Both the position numbers and the translations under genes were made by a program. From Candidatus Coprovivens sp. (GTDB taxonomy: Bacteria; Bacillota_I; Bacilli_A; RF39; UBA660): a stretch of 64,000 bases of DNA. Positions 20,294-30,970 of the stretch are shown here, one piece after another; the first letter of the stretch is position 1; each line of letters begins with the position of its first letter. Below the pieces are notes generated by a model, which was not told the DNA's origin, made no database searches, and saw nothing but the letters and a program-made list of their open reading frames with translations. Where the stretch lies: positions 1-64,000 of the forward strand of contig JBJFGS010000010.1 of NCBI GenBank assembly GCA_051892935.1, given 5' to 3'.

Positions 20294-20329
20294 ATTATCA
20301 CCTATTATAAGTATAACAAAAAAGATAAC

Positions 20330-22027
20330 TTATTTTAAGTTATCTTTTACATATTTAATAATTTTTTCTACTATTTCATCTAATGATATTTCTTCTTGGT
20401 TACCTGTTTTTCTTTCTTTAAATTCTACTAAATTATCATTAATCTTTTTACCAACTACGATACGTGCTGGAATTCCAATAAGGTCCATATCTTTGAATTT
20501 TACGCCTGGTCTTTCGTCTCTATTATCAAATATAACTTCAATACCCACTGATGTTAATTTTTCATATATGTCGTTAGCTATCTTTGTTTGTTCTTCGTTG
20601 TTCATGTCTATTTGGATTAATGCTATTTGATAAGGAGCGATATTCATTGGTAATATCAAACCATTTTCATCATTTGATTGTTCTATTAGACTAGCTATTA
20701 TACGACCTGCTCCTATACCATAGCAGCCCATTACAACTGTTTGTTCTTGGTTATTTTCATCTAGGTAAGTTAAGCCAAGCTTTTCTGCATATTTAGTTCC
20801 TAGTTTAAATAGATTTCCTATTTCAATACCTTTTTTGAAATATAGTTTACCTCCGCATACAGGACATGTATCTCCTTCTTGAACATTTACTATATCTCCT
20901 ACTATATCATATTTTATATCTTTTATATTAGCATTTATATAATGATATTCTTCTTTATTTGCTCCACAACAGAAGTTTTTCATTTGTAATACTTCGTTAT
21001 CTATTACAACTTTGGCATTTAAATTAATTGGCCCAGTATATCCAGGAACAGCATTTGATGTAGCGATTAGAGCATCATCAGCAAAGTTTATTTCGTTTAT
21101 ACCTAGAAGTTTACATACTTTGTTTTCGCATAGTTCGCGATCACCTCTTACGAATAGAACAACTAGTTCGCCGTTAGCATTCATTAATAAGGCTTTTACT
21201 GATTTTTTGACGTCTATATTTAGAAAGTTACAAACATCTTCTATTGTTTCTTGATGTGGTGTTTTAACCATTTCTAGTTCTAGTTCTTCTTCTGTTGATA
21301 TGTTATTACTTACAGTTTGAGCTATTTCAAGATTTGATGAAAAATCACAATGATCACATAGGACAATCGTGTCTTCTCCTATGTCGGTAATTGCTTGGTA
21401 TTCTTCTGATAATGTTCCACCCATTGCACCGCAATCAGCTTTTACTATTTTATAATCTACTCCAATACGATTGTAAATGTTATTATAAGCATTTTTCATT
21501 ATATTATATGATTTATCTAATCCTTCATTATCTCTATCAAATGAGTAAGCATCTTTCATTATGAATTCTCTAACGCGAATTAATCCATATCTTGGTCTTG
21601 GTTCATCTCTAAATTTATCGGCTTGTTGATATAGATTGAATGGTAGGTCTTTGTAGCTTTTTACCATAGCTTTGGCTGCTATTGTAAATAATTCTTCATG
21701 AGTTGGTCCTAGAACATGTGGTTTATTGTAACGGTCTTTTAAATTGAACATACTTTGACCGAATGCTTCTACTCGACCACATTTTTCGTAATATTCACTT
21801 GGAATTAAGCTTGGCATTAATAGTTCTTGAGCTCCGGCTTTGTCCATTTCTTCTTTGATTATTCTTTTAACTTTATCTAGTACTCTAATTCCCATTGGCA
21901 AATACATATAGATTCCAGCTCCAACTTTTTTTATCATGCCACTTCGTACTAGTAGGTTTCCACTTTTACTTTCTTCATCTTTTGCATCTTCTCTTAAGGT
22001 AAAGAAATAACTATTATTTATTTTCAT
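20330..22027 (-). CDS. proS: Proline--tRNA ligase (bacterial type with editing insertion)
   Basis: LGPTHEE, KFRDEPRPRYGLIRVREFIMKDAYSF, GIEIGNLFKLGTKY, MGCYGIG. Confidence 0.98.
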   Translation of the reverse strand: MKINNSYFFTLREDAKDEESKSGNLLVRSGMIKKVGAGIYMYLPMGIRVLDKVKRIIKEEMDKAGAQELLMPSLIPSEYYEKCGRVEAFGQSMFNLKDRYNKPHVLGPTHEELFTIAAKAMVKSYKDLPFNLYQQADKFRDEPRPRYGLIRVREFIMKDAYSFDRDNEGLDKSYNIMKNAYNNIYNRIGVDYKIVKADCGAMGGTLSEEYQAITDIGEDTIVLCDHCDFSSNLEIAQTVSNNISTEEELELEMVKTPHQETIEDVCNFLNIDVKKSVKALLMNANGELVVLFVRGDRELCENKVCKLLGINEINFADDALIATSNAVPGYTGPINLNAKVVIDNEVLQMKNFCCGANKEEYHYINANIKDIKYDIVGDIVNVQEGDTCPVCGGKLYFKKGIEIGNLFKLGTKYAEKLGLTYLDENNQEQTVVMGCYGIGAGRIIASLIEQSNDENGLILPMNIAPYQIALIQIDMNNEEQTKIANDIYEKLTSVGIEVIFDNRDERPGVKFKDMDLIGIPARIVVGKKINDNLVEFKERKTGNQEEISLDEIVEKIIKYVKDNLK

Positions 22028-22107
22028 TTTTATTCTCCTTTTCTAATATTTATTTTAATTTTAGCTTCGGTCGTTTTTTATTCCATTTCATTATTAACAC
22101 CCCTTAA

Positions 22108-22300
22108 AATAAAAAGGATGGTACCTAAAGGAGTGCTTAAGCACGGTACCATCCTTATATACTCTTTTTTTATAACGGTATTTACCGGAAATATTTTCAT
22201 ATTTCATTCATGGGTAGGAATATCTTAATATTATTATTTAGTTCTCACTATCCTAAATTCACTTTATATAAGGGAATAAGATATTATGTCCCAATCAACA
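22108..22300 (-). promoter_or_regulatory. T-box riboswitch leader of proS
   Basis: AAGGATGGTACCGTG T-box; terminator stem AAGGATGGTACC/GGTACCATCCTT plus U tract; candidate CCT (Pro) specifier in stem I. Confidence 0.8.
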
Positions 22301-22310
22301 TATTGCAAAT

Positions 22311-22339
22311 AATATAAAACAATTACTATTGTTTGTCAA
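22311..22339 (-). promoter_or_regulatory. SigA promoter for the proS leader
   Basis: TTGACA (22334-22339), 17 bp, TATATT (22311-22316). Confidence 0.6.
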
Positions 22340-22363
22340 ATAGTAATTGTTTTTTTACACATT

Positions 22364-22684
22364 TTATTGTCTATTAGCCATTTGGCTTGCTGCTGATGCT
22401 TCTGCTGCGGCAGCAATTTGAACTAGTTTTACTTTGAAGTCTTTTTCTTCTTGGTCTTCTAATCCCATATGATCAATTCTTACTATTTGATTATGGTCAA
22501 ATAATAAAGTTTGATCTGAACTTAAAGATCCTTCTGGAAATAGTACTCCTGAATAATCATATATTTTATCTGGTTTATTAGCATCCATAGTGCAGAAACC
22601 ATTAATCATTACTCTCTTGCTTCCATTTTGTAATAAAACTACTGTTCCAACTGGTAAATATTTTTCTCTTATTTGTCCGTTCAT
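22364..22684 (-). CDS. DUF4176 domain protein
   Basis: KYLPVGTVVLLQNGSKRVMING..YDYSGVLFPEG..FDHNQIVRIDHMG. Confidence 0.9.
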   Translation of the reverse strand: MNGQIREKYLPVGTVVLLQNGSKRVMINGFCTMDANKPDKIYDYSGVLFPEGSLSSDQTLLFDHNQIVRIDHMGLEDQEEKDFKVKLVQIAAAAEASAASQMANRQ

Positions 22685-22778
22685 AATATCATTCCTTTAC
22701 TCTTTTTCTATTAATTATTATACTATAATTTATTTTGAGTGTCTAGAATAATATAAAAAGATTGCAACGGCAATCTTT

Positions 22779-24758
22779 TTATATTCCTAGTTCTTGTATA
22801 GATTTTTTTAATTCATCTGTACTAACTGTTCCTCTATAAGCTTTTTGAACTTTTCCATCTTTTATTAAATAAATTGCTGGATAGTTTTCACATGCTGTAT
22901 TAGCAGTAGTTGTATTACAAGTATATTGAACACCTTGTACTAATGTTTCAAAACCACTCATATCGGTTATAAAATATGTATCTAAGAAATAGGAATTAAA
23001 ATTTAATTCACTTTGCACGGAAATAAGATTTGCTAGCATACTAGATGCATCTGCTTCGGTATAAGAATAATAATCTTCACCTACATATAATACTTTTGGA
23101 GTAGTACTAGTCAATATACCGGCCATATCTTCCATTTCTTTTTCTACCATATTATTGTAGTTTAATTTTGCTTCTGTATTATTAACTATGTTTTCTTTTT
23201 CAGCTAAATCGTATATTCCTTGTAAAACAGAATCATTTTTAACTCTTTTTTCAAGCTCTTCTTCAACTTTAGTGAAGTCGTATTCTTCAGCATTTACGGC
23301 ATTTTTAGTGTTTACTAATTCTAGTTCTTTAGCAGTTGATATACCATAGTTACCTTTTATACCAACATATTTATCTTCTAATTCAACTTTTAATTCGTAT
23401 TTACCAGAGATGTTTTTATCTTTTTCAGTAGCGCTTAGATAGATATGAGCTTTTATTTTTTCACCATCAGCATCAACTTCTAAAGTCATATCAATTACTT
23501 CTTCAGTTAATTCTTTAATTGTACCAGTAACAATTTTTTGATCATTATATTTTACTGTTAATGCTTGTTCTTTACCATCTTCTTCAATAGTAATTACTAC
23601 TTTTGTTTTATCGTATCCATCACTATGATTATCTAAAATAAATTTAGCATTTTTACCATCTACTACATATGTTAAATATTCTTTTCCATCATATTCAATA
23701 CCGAATCCTACTGCACTATTAAATAGTCCTTTAGTATATATATTGATTGATATTTCATCTTCGAAATCAATATCTTTTAACTCGTCTTTTGCATCTTTTA
23801 ACTCATCTTTTATTTCGCTTTTTTCCATTCCTGTAATTTCTGCTACTTTTTTAACAAAGTCTTTGTCATCAAGTAGATAATCAATTACATTTTCAGCTAA
23901 TTTTCTAGTGGCTTTTTTATCTAAAACATAAGAGTACTTTGTTACTTTTATAGTCTTATCGCCAACAGAGAATTCATCTTTGTCTTTTTTCATGTCTTCA
24001 CTAGATAGTGATTTATTTAATGCATTTTTTAGTGTTTTTACTACATATTTATAGTCTTCTGGTTCAAATTGAAATTCTTCTTCAGCTTCTTCAATTTCTT
24101 CTTTAATTGATTCAAAGTCTATGTTTAAATCTTCATTTATATATAGAACTTTATCAAATAAAGATGATTCAACATATAATTTTTCTTTAATTATTTGTAA
24201 TGTTGCATCAAGTTTTTCTTTTTCACCTTTTACTTCTGCATCAAGACTTAGTGCTTCGTTTTTTAAATCGAATCCTAATTTGGCTCCAAAACTTAAACCA
24301 TTAGCATTAAATCCTATTTTATCTTCTAGTTCTTTTACATTTGTTTCCAATTCTGCATCAAAATTTACTAGAATGGCATTTTTTTGAATGTCATAAGCTT
24401 TTGAGTATTCGTCGTATAAGTCGATAGCATTTTCTGCCTCTTTAAATACTTTATTAATACTTCCTTTAAATACATTCTTTGGTGATGCAGATACACCAAG
24501 GAAAATAATAGCAGCTATTATTAATACTAATACTATACTAACAGCAACTATTGGCCCAACATTTTTTGAAAATAATTTAGATGTTTTATTACCATTAGGA
24601 AGATTATTTTCAATTGTTGTAGCCCCTACCATTGGTTCTGGAGTCATTGGTTGTGGAGACTCTGGAACAATTGTAGGTTGAACATTTGATTCTGTGAATG
24701 TAGGTTCCATTGGATTAGGAACTTGATTTCCAAAATCGTTTCCAACTTCATTTTTCAT
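22779..24758 (-). CDS. Membrane-anchored protein with large extracellular region and degenerate C-terminal thioredoxin-like domain
   Basis: Pro-rich N-terminus, one TM, SPKNVFKGSI; tail YPAIYLIKDGKVQKAYRG..ELKKSIQELGI. Confidence 0.75.
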   Translation of the reverse strand: MKNEVGNDFGNQVPNPMEPTFTESNVQPTIVPESPQPMTPEPMVGATTIENNLPNGNKTSKLFSKNVGPIVAVSIVLVLIIAAIIFLGVSASPKNVFKGSINKVFKEAENAIDLYDEYSKAYDIQKNAILVNFDAELETNVKELEDKIGFNANGLSFGAKLGFDLKNEALSLDAEVKGEKEKLDATLQIIKEKLYVESSLFDKVLYINEDLNIDFESIKEEIEEAEEEFQFEPEDYKYVVKTLKNALNKSLSSEDMKKDKDEFSVGDKTIKVTKYSYVLDKKATRKLAENVIDYLLDDKDFVKKVAEITGMEKSEIKDELKDAKDELKDIDFEDEISINIYTKGLFNSAVGFGIEYDGKEYLTYVVDGKNAKFILDNHSDGYDKTKVVITIEEDGKEQALTVKYNDQKIVTGTIKELTEEVIDMTLEVDADGEKIKAHIYLSATEKDKNISGKYELKVELEDKYVGIKGNYGISTAKELELVNTKNAVNAEEYDFTKVEEELEKRVKNDSVLQGIYDLAEKENIVNNTEAKLNYNNMVEKEMEDMAGILTSTTPKVLYVGEDYYSYTEADASSMLANLISVQSELNFNSYFLDTYFITDMSGFETLVQGVQYTCNTTTANTACENYPAIYLIKDGKVQKAYRGTVSTDELKKSIQELGI

Positions 24759-24866
24759 ATAAACTTCTAACCTCTTTCTATTTTGTAATTTTATTATAAC
24801 ATATAAAATAATTTATGATGTAATAAAATATATGTTTTTTTCATAATTTTTATTAAGGTGATTTAT

Positions 24867-26006
24867 TTGAAAAAAATTATTATTATATTTATTTTATTTT
24901 TTATTGGAATAATTAAAATTAATGCACTAGAACTAACTAATTATAGTAAATCAGCAATATTAGTTGAACCAACAACAAATACTATTATTTATGATTTAAA
25001 TAAAGATGAGAGATTTGCACCTGCTTCGATGACAAAACTAATGACTTTGTTATTAATAATGGAAGCGGTTGATTCTAATAAGATATCTTTAGAGGATGAA
25101 GTTTTAATAAGCAAAAATGCCGCTGATATGGGTGGTAGCCAAGTTTTTTTAGAAGCTAATTCTAAAATTGATGTTGAACAATTATTAAAAGGAATTGCTA
25201 TTGCTAGTGGAAATGATGCGGCAGTTGCTATGGCCGAGTATATTGCAGGTACGACAGATGTGTTTGTAAAAATGATGAATAATAAAGTTAAGGAGTTGGG
25301 GCTTAAGAATACTCATTTTGTAAATGTTCATGGTTTAGATGAAAATGATCATTATTCATCCGCTTATGATATGTCTCAAATAGCTATAGAATTATTAAAG
25401 CATGAAGCTATTCTTAATTATACTTCTTTGTATGAAGATTACTTAATTAAACCAGATGGTTCTAAAACTTGGTTAGTTAATACAAATAAATTAGTAAGAT
25501 TTTATGAGGGAATTGATGGACTTAAAACAGGTTATACTTCTAATGCTAAGTATTGTCTAACTGCTACTGGTAAAAAAAATAATATTAGATTTGTTTCGGT
25601 GGTTATGGGTGTTGATACATCAGAACATCGTAGCTTAGATACATCTAATATGTTTAATTACGCTTTTGCAAATTACAAATTAAATAATATCATAAACAAA
25701 AACGATGAAATAGCAGAAGTATCTGTAAAAATAGGATTGAAAGAAAAGGTTGTCCTTTATGCTAAGGAAGATGTAAATGATTTAATTAAGCAAAATGAAG
25801 TTAAAGAATATTCATATAAGATAGATAAAAGAAATATTACTGCTCCTATTAATGAAGGTGATGTTGTAGGTCGCTTAGAAGTATATGATAATAATGGTAA
25901 CAATATAGGTATAGTTGATTTAATTGTTAAAGAAAATATAAAGAAACATAATTTTGCAACTTTGTTTTTAAGTAATTTAAAAAATATTATTAATGGATAT
26001 TTATAA
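24867..26006 (+). CDS. dacF: D-alanyl-D-alanine carboxypeptidase (DacF-like, peptidase S11)
   Basis: PASMTK (SxxK), ASGNDA (SxN), GLKTG, MGGSQVFLE, WLVNTNKLVRFY; alternative GTG start at 24858. Confidence 0.85.
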   Translation: MKKIIIIFILFFIGIIKINALELTNYSKSAILVEPTTNTIIYDLNKDERFAPASMTKLMTLLLIMEAVDSNKISLEDEVLISKNAADMGGSQVFLEANSKIDVEQLLKGIAIASGNDAAVAMAEYIAGTTDVFVKMMNNKVKELGLKNTHFVNVHGLDENDHYSSAYDMSQIAIELLKHEAILNYTSLYEDYLIKPDGSKTWLVNTNKLVRFYEGIDGLKTGYTSNAKYCLTATGKKNNIRFVSVVMGVDTSEHRSLDTSNMFNYAFANYKLNNIINKNDEIAEVSVKIGLKEKVVLYAKEDVNDLIKQNEVKEYSYKIDKRNITAPINEGDVVGRLEVYDNNGNNIGIVDLIVKENIKKHNFATLFLSNLKNIINGYL

Positions 26007-26091
26007 TTTTAGTTATATCATTATTCAATTCTTTATGTTATAATTTAATAGAATATGGGGATTATGATATATAAAGAAAGAAGTGATATCC

Positions 26092-28281
26092 GTGAATGAG
26101 CAAAATAGTTTAAATGGTAATGTTGGTCAAGCACCACAACCTGCTCAAAATACTCAAATACCTCCAGCAACAAATCAAGTTCCTGCTTCTGTTGCAACAG
26201 AGCAGAATAATAATCAAGTAGTTAATGCTGAACAAAATGTAGCTCCAGTGCAAACAGTAGCTTCTGTTGAAACTCCTGTAGCACCTGTAGAACCTTCTGT
26301 TACTGAGCCAGTTACGCCAACTGTTCAAGCTCCAGTGCAAAATTCTGTTGTTCCTGAAGCCACTGCAGTAGCTGCTCCTGTACAAGAAGCTGCTCCTGTA
26401 CAAGTTGAAGCTGTTGCTACTAATACTCAAGAAAGTGTTCCACAAGCTACACAACCGGCACCAACTCAAGTAGTTCAACAGCCAACAGCACCGCAACCAG
26501 TTGCTACTGTAGTAGAGCAACCAGCTGCTCAAGTTACAAGCAATAGTGTTGAGCAACAATCTGTTCAAGTTAATCCTACAACGAGTCAACCCGCACAAAC
26601 TGATATAGTTGCTCAAGCTCCTCTTAATCCTTTGGCAAACGAACCTACTGTAGTTACTCAAGCTGAAGTTAGTCCTGCTAATGTTGTAACACCACAAGGA
26701 CAAAATGGTGTTATTACACCAAGTGTTCCATTAACGGCTAATGGCGGAGCAATCGATTCGAGTAATGTTGGATTTGTTGCTGTTAGTGCTCCACCTAAAA
26801 AGAAAAAGAATAAACCTTTAATTATTACTATTGTTCTATTAGTGTTAGTTGGTTTAGCCTTATTAGGATATTTTGTTGTTTATCCTTTCGTTATTAATAA
26901 GTTCTTTAGTGATCCAAAAAAAGTATATGAAACTGTAATAAAGTCAGCATTTAACGAATTAAGTTCAAATGCAACAGAACTTATTCATGATAAAGTTAAA
27001 TATGAATTAAATTTCTCTTTTGACTCAAATATACCTATTCTTAAGCCATATGGAGGATATACATATGGTTTAACTATTGGTGTTGATCCGAAAGAAGAAG
27101 CTGCTGAAACAAAATTTCTGGCAATTAATAAAAATAATCAAAGTGTAAGTTATGAGTCTTATCTAAAAGATGGTAAGAAATATTTAAAATATCATAATAA
27201 GAGTGATTATATATATGCTGGAGAAGCAAATTTAGAAGAGTTAGATAAACTTTTTAAAGTATTTAGTTTTAAAGATTTATTAGATGCTTCTGAAAATGTT
27301 AATAGTGAAGAAATTAGTTATTTAGTAAATAAACTATCTGATTTATTAGTTACTAGTATAGATGATTCAAAATTAACTAAAGAAGAAGCAAGTATTAATG
27401 TAGATGGAAAAACATTAAAAGTAATTAATAACAAATATGTTATGGATGATGATACTGCTGAAGCAACTATTAAACATATATTAACTGGTATATCTGATGA
27501 TGATAAAGCTGTGGATATCTTGGCTAAAATGGTTGAAATGGAATCTAGTACATTAAAAGAAAATCTAAAAAGTACTTTAGAGAATAATGATAATAAAGAA
27601 ACTGATGAAAATGAAGATAACATGGTATGTACATTTAGTATATATACAACAATGGGATTTACTCCTACTGTTATAGGTTATGGTTTAGTAGCTAATAATA
27701 ATGAAGATACATATAATGTTCATTATTATTCTGCTGATAACTACTTTGAACTTAAAGCTGATTCTACATCAAAGGATACAGAAACTAATAAAGAAGTTAC
27801 TAATAATTTTGATGTTATAGGAAGAACTTCTAATGGTAAAACTAAAGTATCTATATCTTTAGATGATAGTGAAATACTTACTTTAAATATTAAAGATTGG
27901 AATGAATCAACAAAAAACTTTGATTACACAATAAAGATAGATGATTTGTCTACTATAACAGGAAGTTTTAAATATACAAAAGATATTAATGATAAACGTT
28001 TGAAAAATTCATTAGAATTTTCATTAGAAATGGGTGATCAATTCGTAGCTTTAGTAATTGATTTTAATGAAGATTGGTCTTCAACTATTGCTAATATTGA
28101 TACTACTAGTTCTGTTACATTAAGTGATGATCAAATAAATGATTATCATAATGAGTTTTTAAATGATTTATACGAAACTCCTATTGGTGAATTGTTTAAG
28201 ACTGTTTCTGGAGATGTTACTCCTGCTATTGATGATTATTATAGTGATGATTATTCAGTGGATTTTGAATTTACTAATTAA
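26092..28281 (+). CDS. Membrane-anchored protein with ~230-aa P/Q/A/V/T-rich N-terminus
   Basis: Low-complexity N-terminus, KKKKNK plus TM, SDPKKVYETVI; extracellular region resembles 22779..24758. Confidence 0.8.
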   Translation: MNEQNSLNGNVGQAPQPAQNTQIPPATNQVPASVATEQNNNQVVNAEQNVAPVQTVASVETPVAPVEPSVTEPVTPTVQAPVQNSVVPEATAVAAPVQEAAPVQVEAVATNTQESVPQATQPAPTQVVQQPTAPQPVATVVEQPAAQVTSNSVEQQSVQVNPTTSQPAQTDIVAQAPLNPLANEPTVVTQAEVSPANVVTPQGQNGVITPSVPLTANGGAIDSSNVGFVAVSAPPKKKKNKPLIITIVLLVLVGLALLGYFVVYPFVINKFFSDPKKVYETVIKSAFNELSSNATELIHDKVKYELNFSFDSNIPILKPYGGYTYGLTIGVDPKEEAAETKFLAINKNNQSVSYESYLKDGKKYLKYHNKSDYIYAGEANLEELDKLFKVFSFKDLLDASENVNSEEISYLVNKLSDLLVTSIDDSKLTKEEASINVDGKTLKVINNKYVMDDDTAEATIKHILTGISDDDKAVDILAKMVEMESSTLKENLKSTLENNDNKETDENEDNMVCTFSIYTTMGFTPTVIGYGLVANNNEDTYNVHYYSADNYFELKADSTSKDTETNKEVTNNFDVIGRTSNGKTKVSISLDDSEILTLNIKDWNESTKNFDYTIKIDDLSTITGSFKYTKDINDKRLKNSLEFSLEMGDQFVALVIDFNEDWSSTIANIDTTSSVTLSDDQINDYHNEFLNDLYETPIGELFKTVSGDVTPAIDDYYSDDYSVDFEFTN

Positions 28282-28283
28282 TT

Positions 28284-28316
28284 AAAAAAATTCTCAAAAA
28301 TGAGAATTTTTTTTTA
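28284..28316. terminator. Bidirectional intrinsic terminator
   Basis: A7-TTCTCA-AAAA-TGAGAA-T run between convergent genes. Confidence 0.75.
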
Positions 28317-30524
28317 TTGTTCAACTTTTTCTTTTTTCTTAGAAGATTTTTTTTCTTCTTTATCTTCTTTTATTTTTTCTTTCTTTTCTGGTTTTGGAAG
28401 AGCTGCTTTACGTGATAAATTTAATCTATTACGATTATCATATCCTTCAGCTTTAACTATTATCTCATCTCCAACTTTAAACATATCTGATGGTTTTTCT
28501 ACTCTTTCCCATGCTAATTGTGATACATGACATAATCCTTCACATCCAGGCCATAGTTCAATGAAACAACCAAAATCTTCAACTTTAACAATTTTTCCAG
28601 TATATACTTTTCCTTCTTCGACTTCACGTGCAACATTTTCTATCATTGATTTTGTTTTTTCAATAATATCTTTGTCTTGATGATAGATTAAGACTGTTCC
28701 ATCGTCTTGAAGATCAACTTTAACAGCGTTGATGTCATTTACGCTTGTAACATTTGAGGCTTCTAAGATTATCTTAGTGATCATTTCGCCACCTTTGCCG
28801 ATAACATCTTTAATCTTATCTGGATTAATATGAAGTGTTTCAATTTTTGGCGCATATTTAGAAAGTTCTTTACGTGGTTCTGGAATGACTGATTCCATTA
28901 AATCTAGTATTTCCATACGAGCTTCTTTTGCTTGAGCTAACGCTTCTTTTAATATTTTTTCTGTTACACCTTTAATTTTAATATCCATTTGTAGAGCTGT
29001 TATACCTTTTCTTGTACCAGCTACTTTGAAGTCCATATCCCCCATATGATCTTCTAATCCTTGAATATCAGTTAAAATTGTATATTTTTTGCCGTCTTCG
29101 GAAGTTATAAGTCCCATTGCAATACCTGCTACTGGTGCTTTAATTGGAACGCCAGCTGCCATTAAACTTAGGCATCCAGCACATATTGTTGCCTGAGAAG
29201 ATGAACCATTAGATTCTAGGATTTCTGATACTACGCGTACTGTGTATGGGAATTCTTTTTCATCTGGCATTACTTGAAGAAGTGCTCTTTCACCTAATGC
29301 ACCATGACCGATTTCTCTTCTTCCAGGTGAACCATAACGTCCTACTTCACCTACTGAGAATTGTGGGAAGTTATAGTGTAACATGAATCTCTTTGTTGCT
29401 TCTAAAGTAAGTCCATCTAAGATTTGGTTTTCTTCTAAAGAGCCAAGAGTAGTTGTAGCTAATGCTTGAGTTTCTCCACGAGTGAATACCGCTGAACCAT
29501 GTGTTCTTGGTAGTAAATCTATCATTGCTGATAGAGGACGAATTTCTTTCATTCCACGACCATCAGTTCTTTTTTTATCTTTAGTAACCATTCTTCTTAG
29601 AACGGTTCCTTCGATTTCATTAACTACTTTCTTAACTTGATTTAATAATTCTTCACAATTTTCGTATTCACTATATATTTCAGCAAAATTTTCTAATGTC
29701 GCTTCTTTTACAGCATCGATATCTGCATATTTTTCAAGTTTTTTCTTATCTGATGATAGTGCTTCATACATTTTTTCTGTTGCATATTCACGAACATCTT
29801 TTTCTAGTTGTTCATCAATTTTAGCAAGTTCAACTTCTACTTTTTCTTTTCCTATTTCTTCACGAATCTTTTCTTGGAATTCACATAGCTTTTTGATGTG
29901 TTCATGACCAAACATTAAAGCTCCTAACATTTCTTTTTCTGAAACTTCTTTGGAACCTGCTTCTACCATACATATTGCATCTTTTGTACCTGCAACTGTT
30001 AAATGAATATCTGATTGTTCTTGTTCTTCTACTGTTGGATTTATTATATATTCTTTACCAATTTTACCTACGATTACACCAGCTACTGGTCCATCAAATG
30101 GAATATCACTGATTGTTAGTGCAAGTGATGATCCAAGTAAAGCTGCCATTTCTGGAGAGTTATCTTGGTCAACTGATAATACTGTATTGATTACTTGTAC
30201 TTCGTTACGGAAGTTTTCGTCGAACATAGGACGTATTGGACGGTCGATTAATCTTGCTGTTAGTGTTGCTTGATCTGTTGGGCGCCCTTCTCTTTTAATA
30301 AATCCACCTGGTATTTTACCTACTGAATATAATTTTTCTTGATATAGAACTGTTAATGGGAAGAAGTCTTGAGTAATTGGAGTATGTCCCATTACTGCTG
30401 CTGTTAAGATAACAGTGTCTCCATATCTTACTAAAACAGAACCATTAGCTTGTTTAGCTAGTTCTCCTGTTTCAACTGTAATTGTTTTTCCTAAAAAGTC
30501 TAATTCAAATACTTTTTTAGCCAT
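28314..30524 (-). CDS. pnp: Polyribonucleotide nucleotidyltransferase (PNPase)
   Basis: [53 protein letters not shown] and S1 domains; start placed at MAKK after an AGAGG RBS. Confidence 0.98.
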   Translation of the reverse strand: MAKKVFELDFLGKTITVETGELAKQANGSVLVRYGDTVILTAAVMGHTPITQDFFPLTVLYQEKLYSVGKIPGGFIKREGRPTDQATLTARLIDRPIRPMFDENFRNEVQVINTVLSVDQDNSPEMAALLGSSLALTISDIPFDGPVAGVIVGKIGKEYIINPTVEEQEQSDIHLTVAGTKDAICMVEAGSKEVSEKEMLGALMFGHEHIKKLCEFQEKIREEIGKEKVEVELAKIDEQLEKDVREYATEKMYEALSSDKKKLEKYADIDAVKEATLENFAEIYSEYENCEELLNQVKKVVNEIEGTVLRRMVTKDKKRTDGRGMKEIRPLSAMIDLLPRTHGSAVFTRGETQALATTTLGSLEENQILDGLTLEATKRFMLHYNFPQFSVGEVGRYGSPGRREIGHGALGERALLQVMPDEKEFPYTVRVVSEILESNGSSSQATICAGCLSLMAAGVPIKAPVAGIAMGLITSEDGKKYTILTDIQGLEDHMGDMDFKVAGTRKGITALQMDIKIKGVTEKILKEALAQAKEARMEILDLMESVIPEPRKELSKYAPKIETLHINPDKIKDVIGKGGEMITKIILEASNVTSVNDINAVKVDLQDDGTVLIYHQDKDIIEKTKSMIENVAREVEEGKVYTGKIVKVEDFGCFIELWPGCEGLCHVSQLAWERVEKPSDMFKVGDEIIVKAEGYDNRNRLNLSRKAALPKPEKKEKIKEDKEEKKSSKKKEKVEQ

Positions 30525-30579
30525 TTTTTTACCTCTTTTCCTAAAAAAAGACACTTAAAAATAAGTGCCTACTTTTCTA

Positions 30580-30849
30580 CTATTTTCTCAATCCTAGAGC
30601 TTCAATAGTATTTCTGTAACTTACTACATCATTTTTCTTTAGATAATCTAGTAAACTACGTCTTTTACCAACCATCATTTGAAGTCCTCTCTTTGAGTGG
30701 AAATCATGAATGTGAGTTTTTAAATGTTCTGTTAAATTGTTGATTTCTTCTGTAAGAATAGCAATTTGAACTTCTGTAGCTCCAGTGTCTTTTTCATTTT
30801 TACCGAATTGTTTAACTAATTCAGCTTTTCTTTCTTTTGAAATAGCCAT
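30580..30849 (-). CDS. rpsO: 30S ribosomal protein S15
   Basis: [27 protein letters not shown]. Confidence 0.99.
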   Translation of the reverse strand: MAISKERKAELVKQFGKNEKDTGATEVQIAILTEEINNLTEHLKTHIHDFHSKRGLQMMVGKRRSLLDYLKKNDVVSYRNTIEALGLRK

Positions 30850-30869
30850 GTGTAATTCCTCCTTTTTTA

Positions 30870-30925
30870 TTTAACCGTTCAATCTTAGAATAGATTCGGA
30901 GAGTTCTAATCCAAGAATAAACTTT
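30870..30925 (-). promoter_or_regulatory. Putative S15 autoregulatory leader
   Basis: Hairpin TCTTGGATTAGA-ACTCTCCGAA-TCTATTCTAAGA just upstream of the rpsO RBS. Confidence 0.55.
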
Positions 30926-30970
30926 CTTGTTTAATATAACAGAAAATCCTTAATATATCAAGTATTTTTA

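Noticed and set aside
26110-26703. 197-aa minus-strand ORF rich in Cys/Trp/Ser
   Set aside because: Antisense shadow of the low-complexity P/Q/A/V/T region of the plus-strand gene
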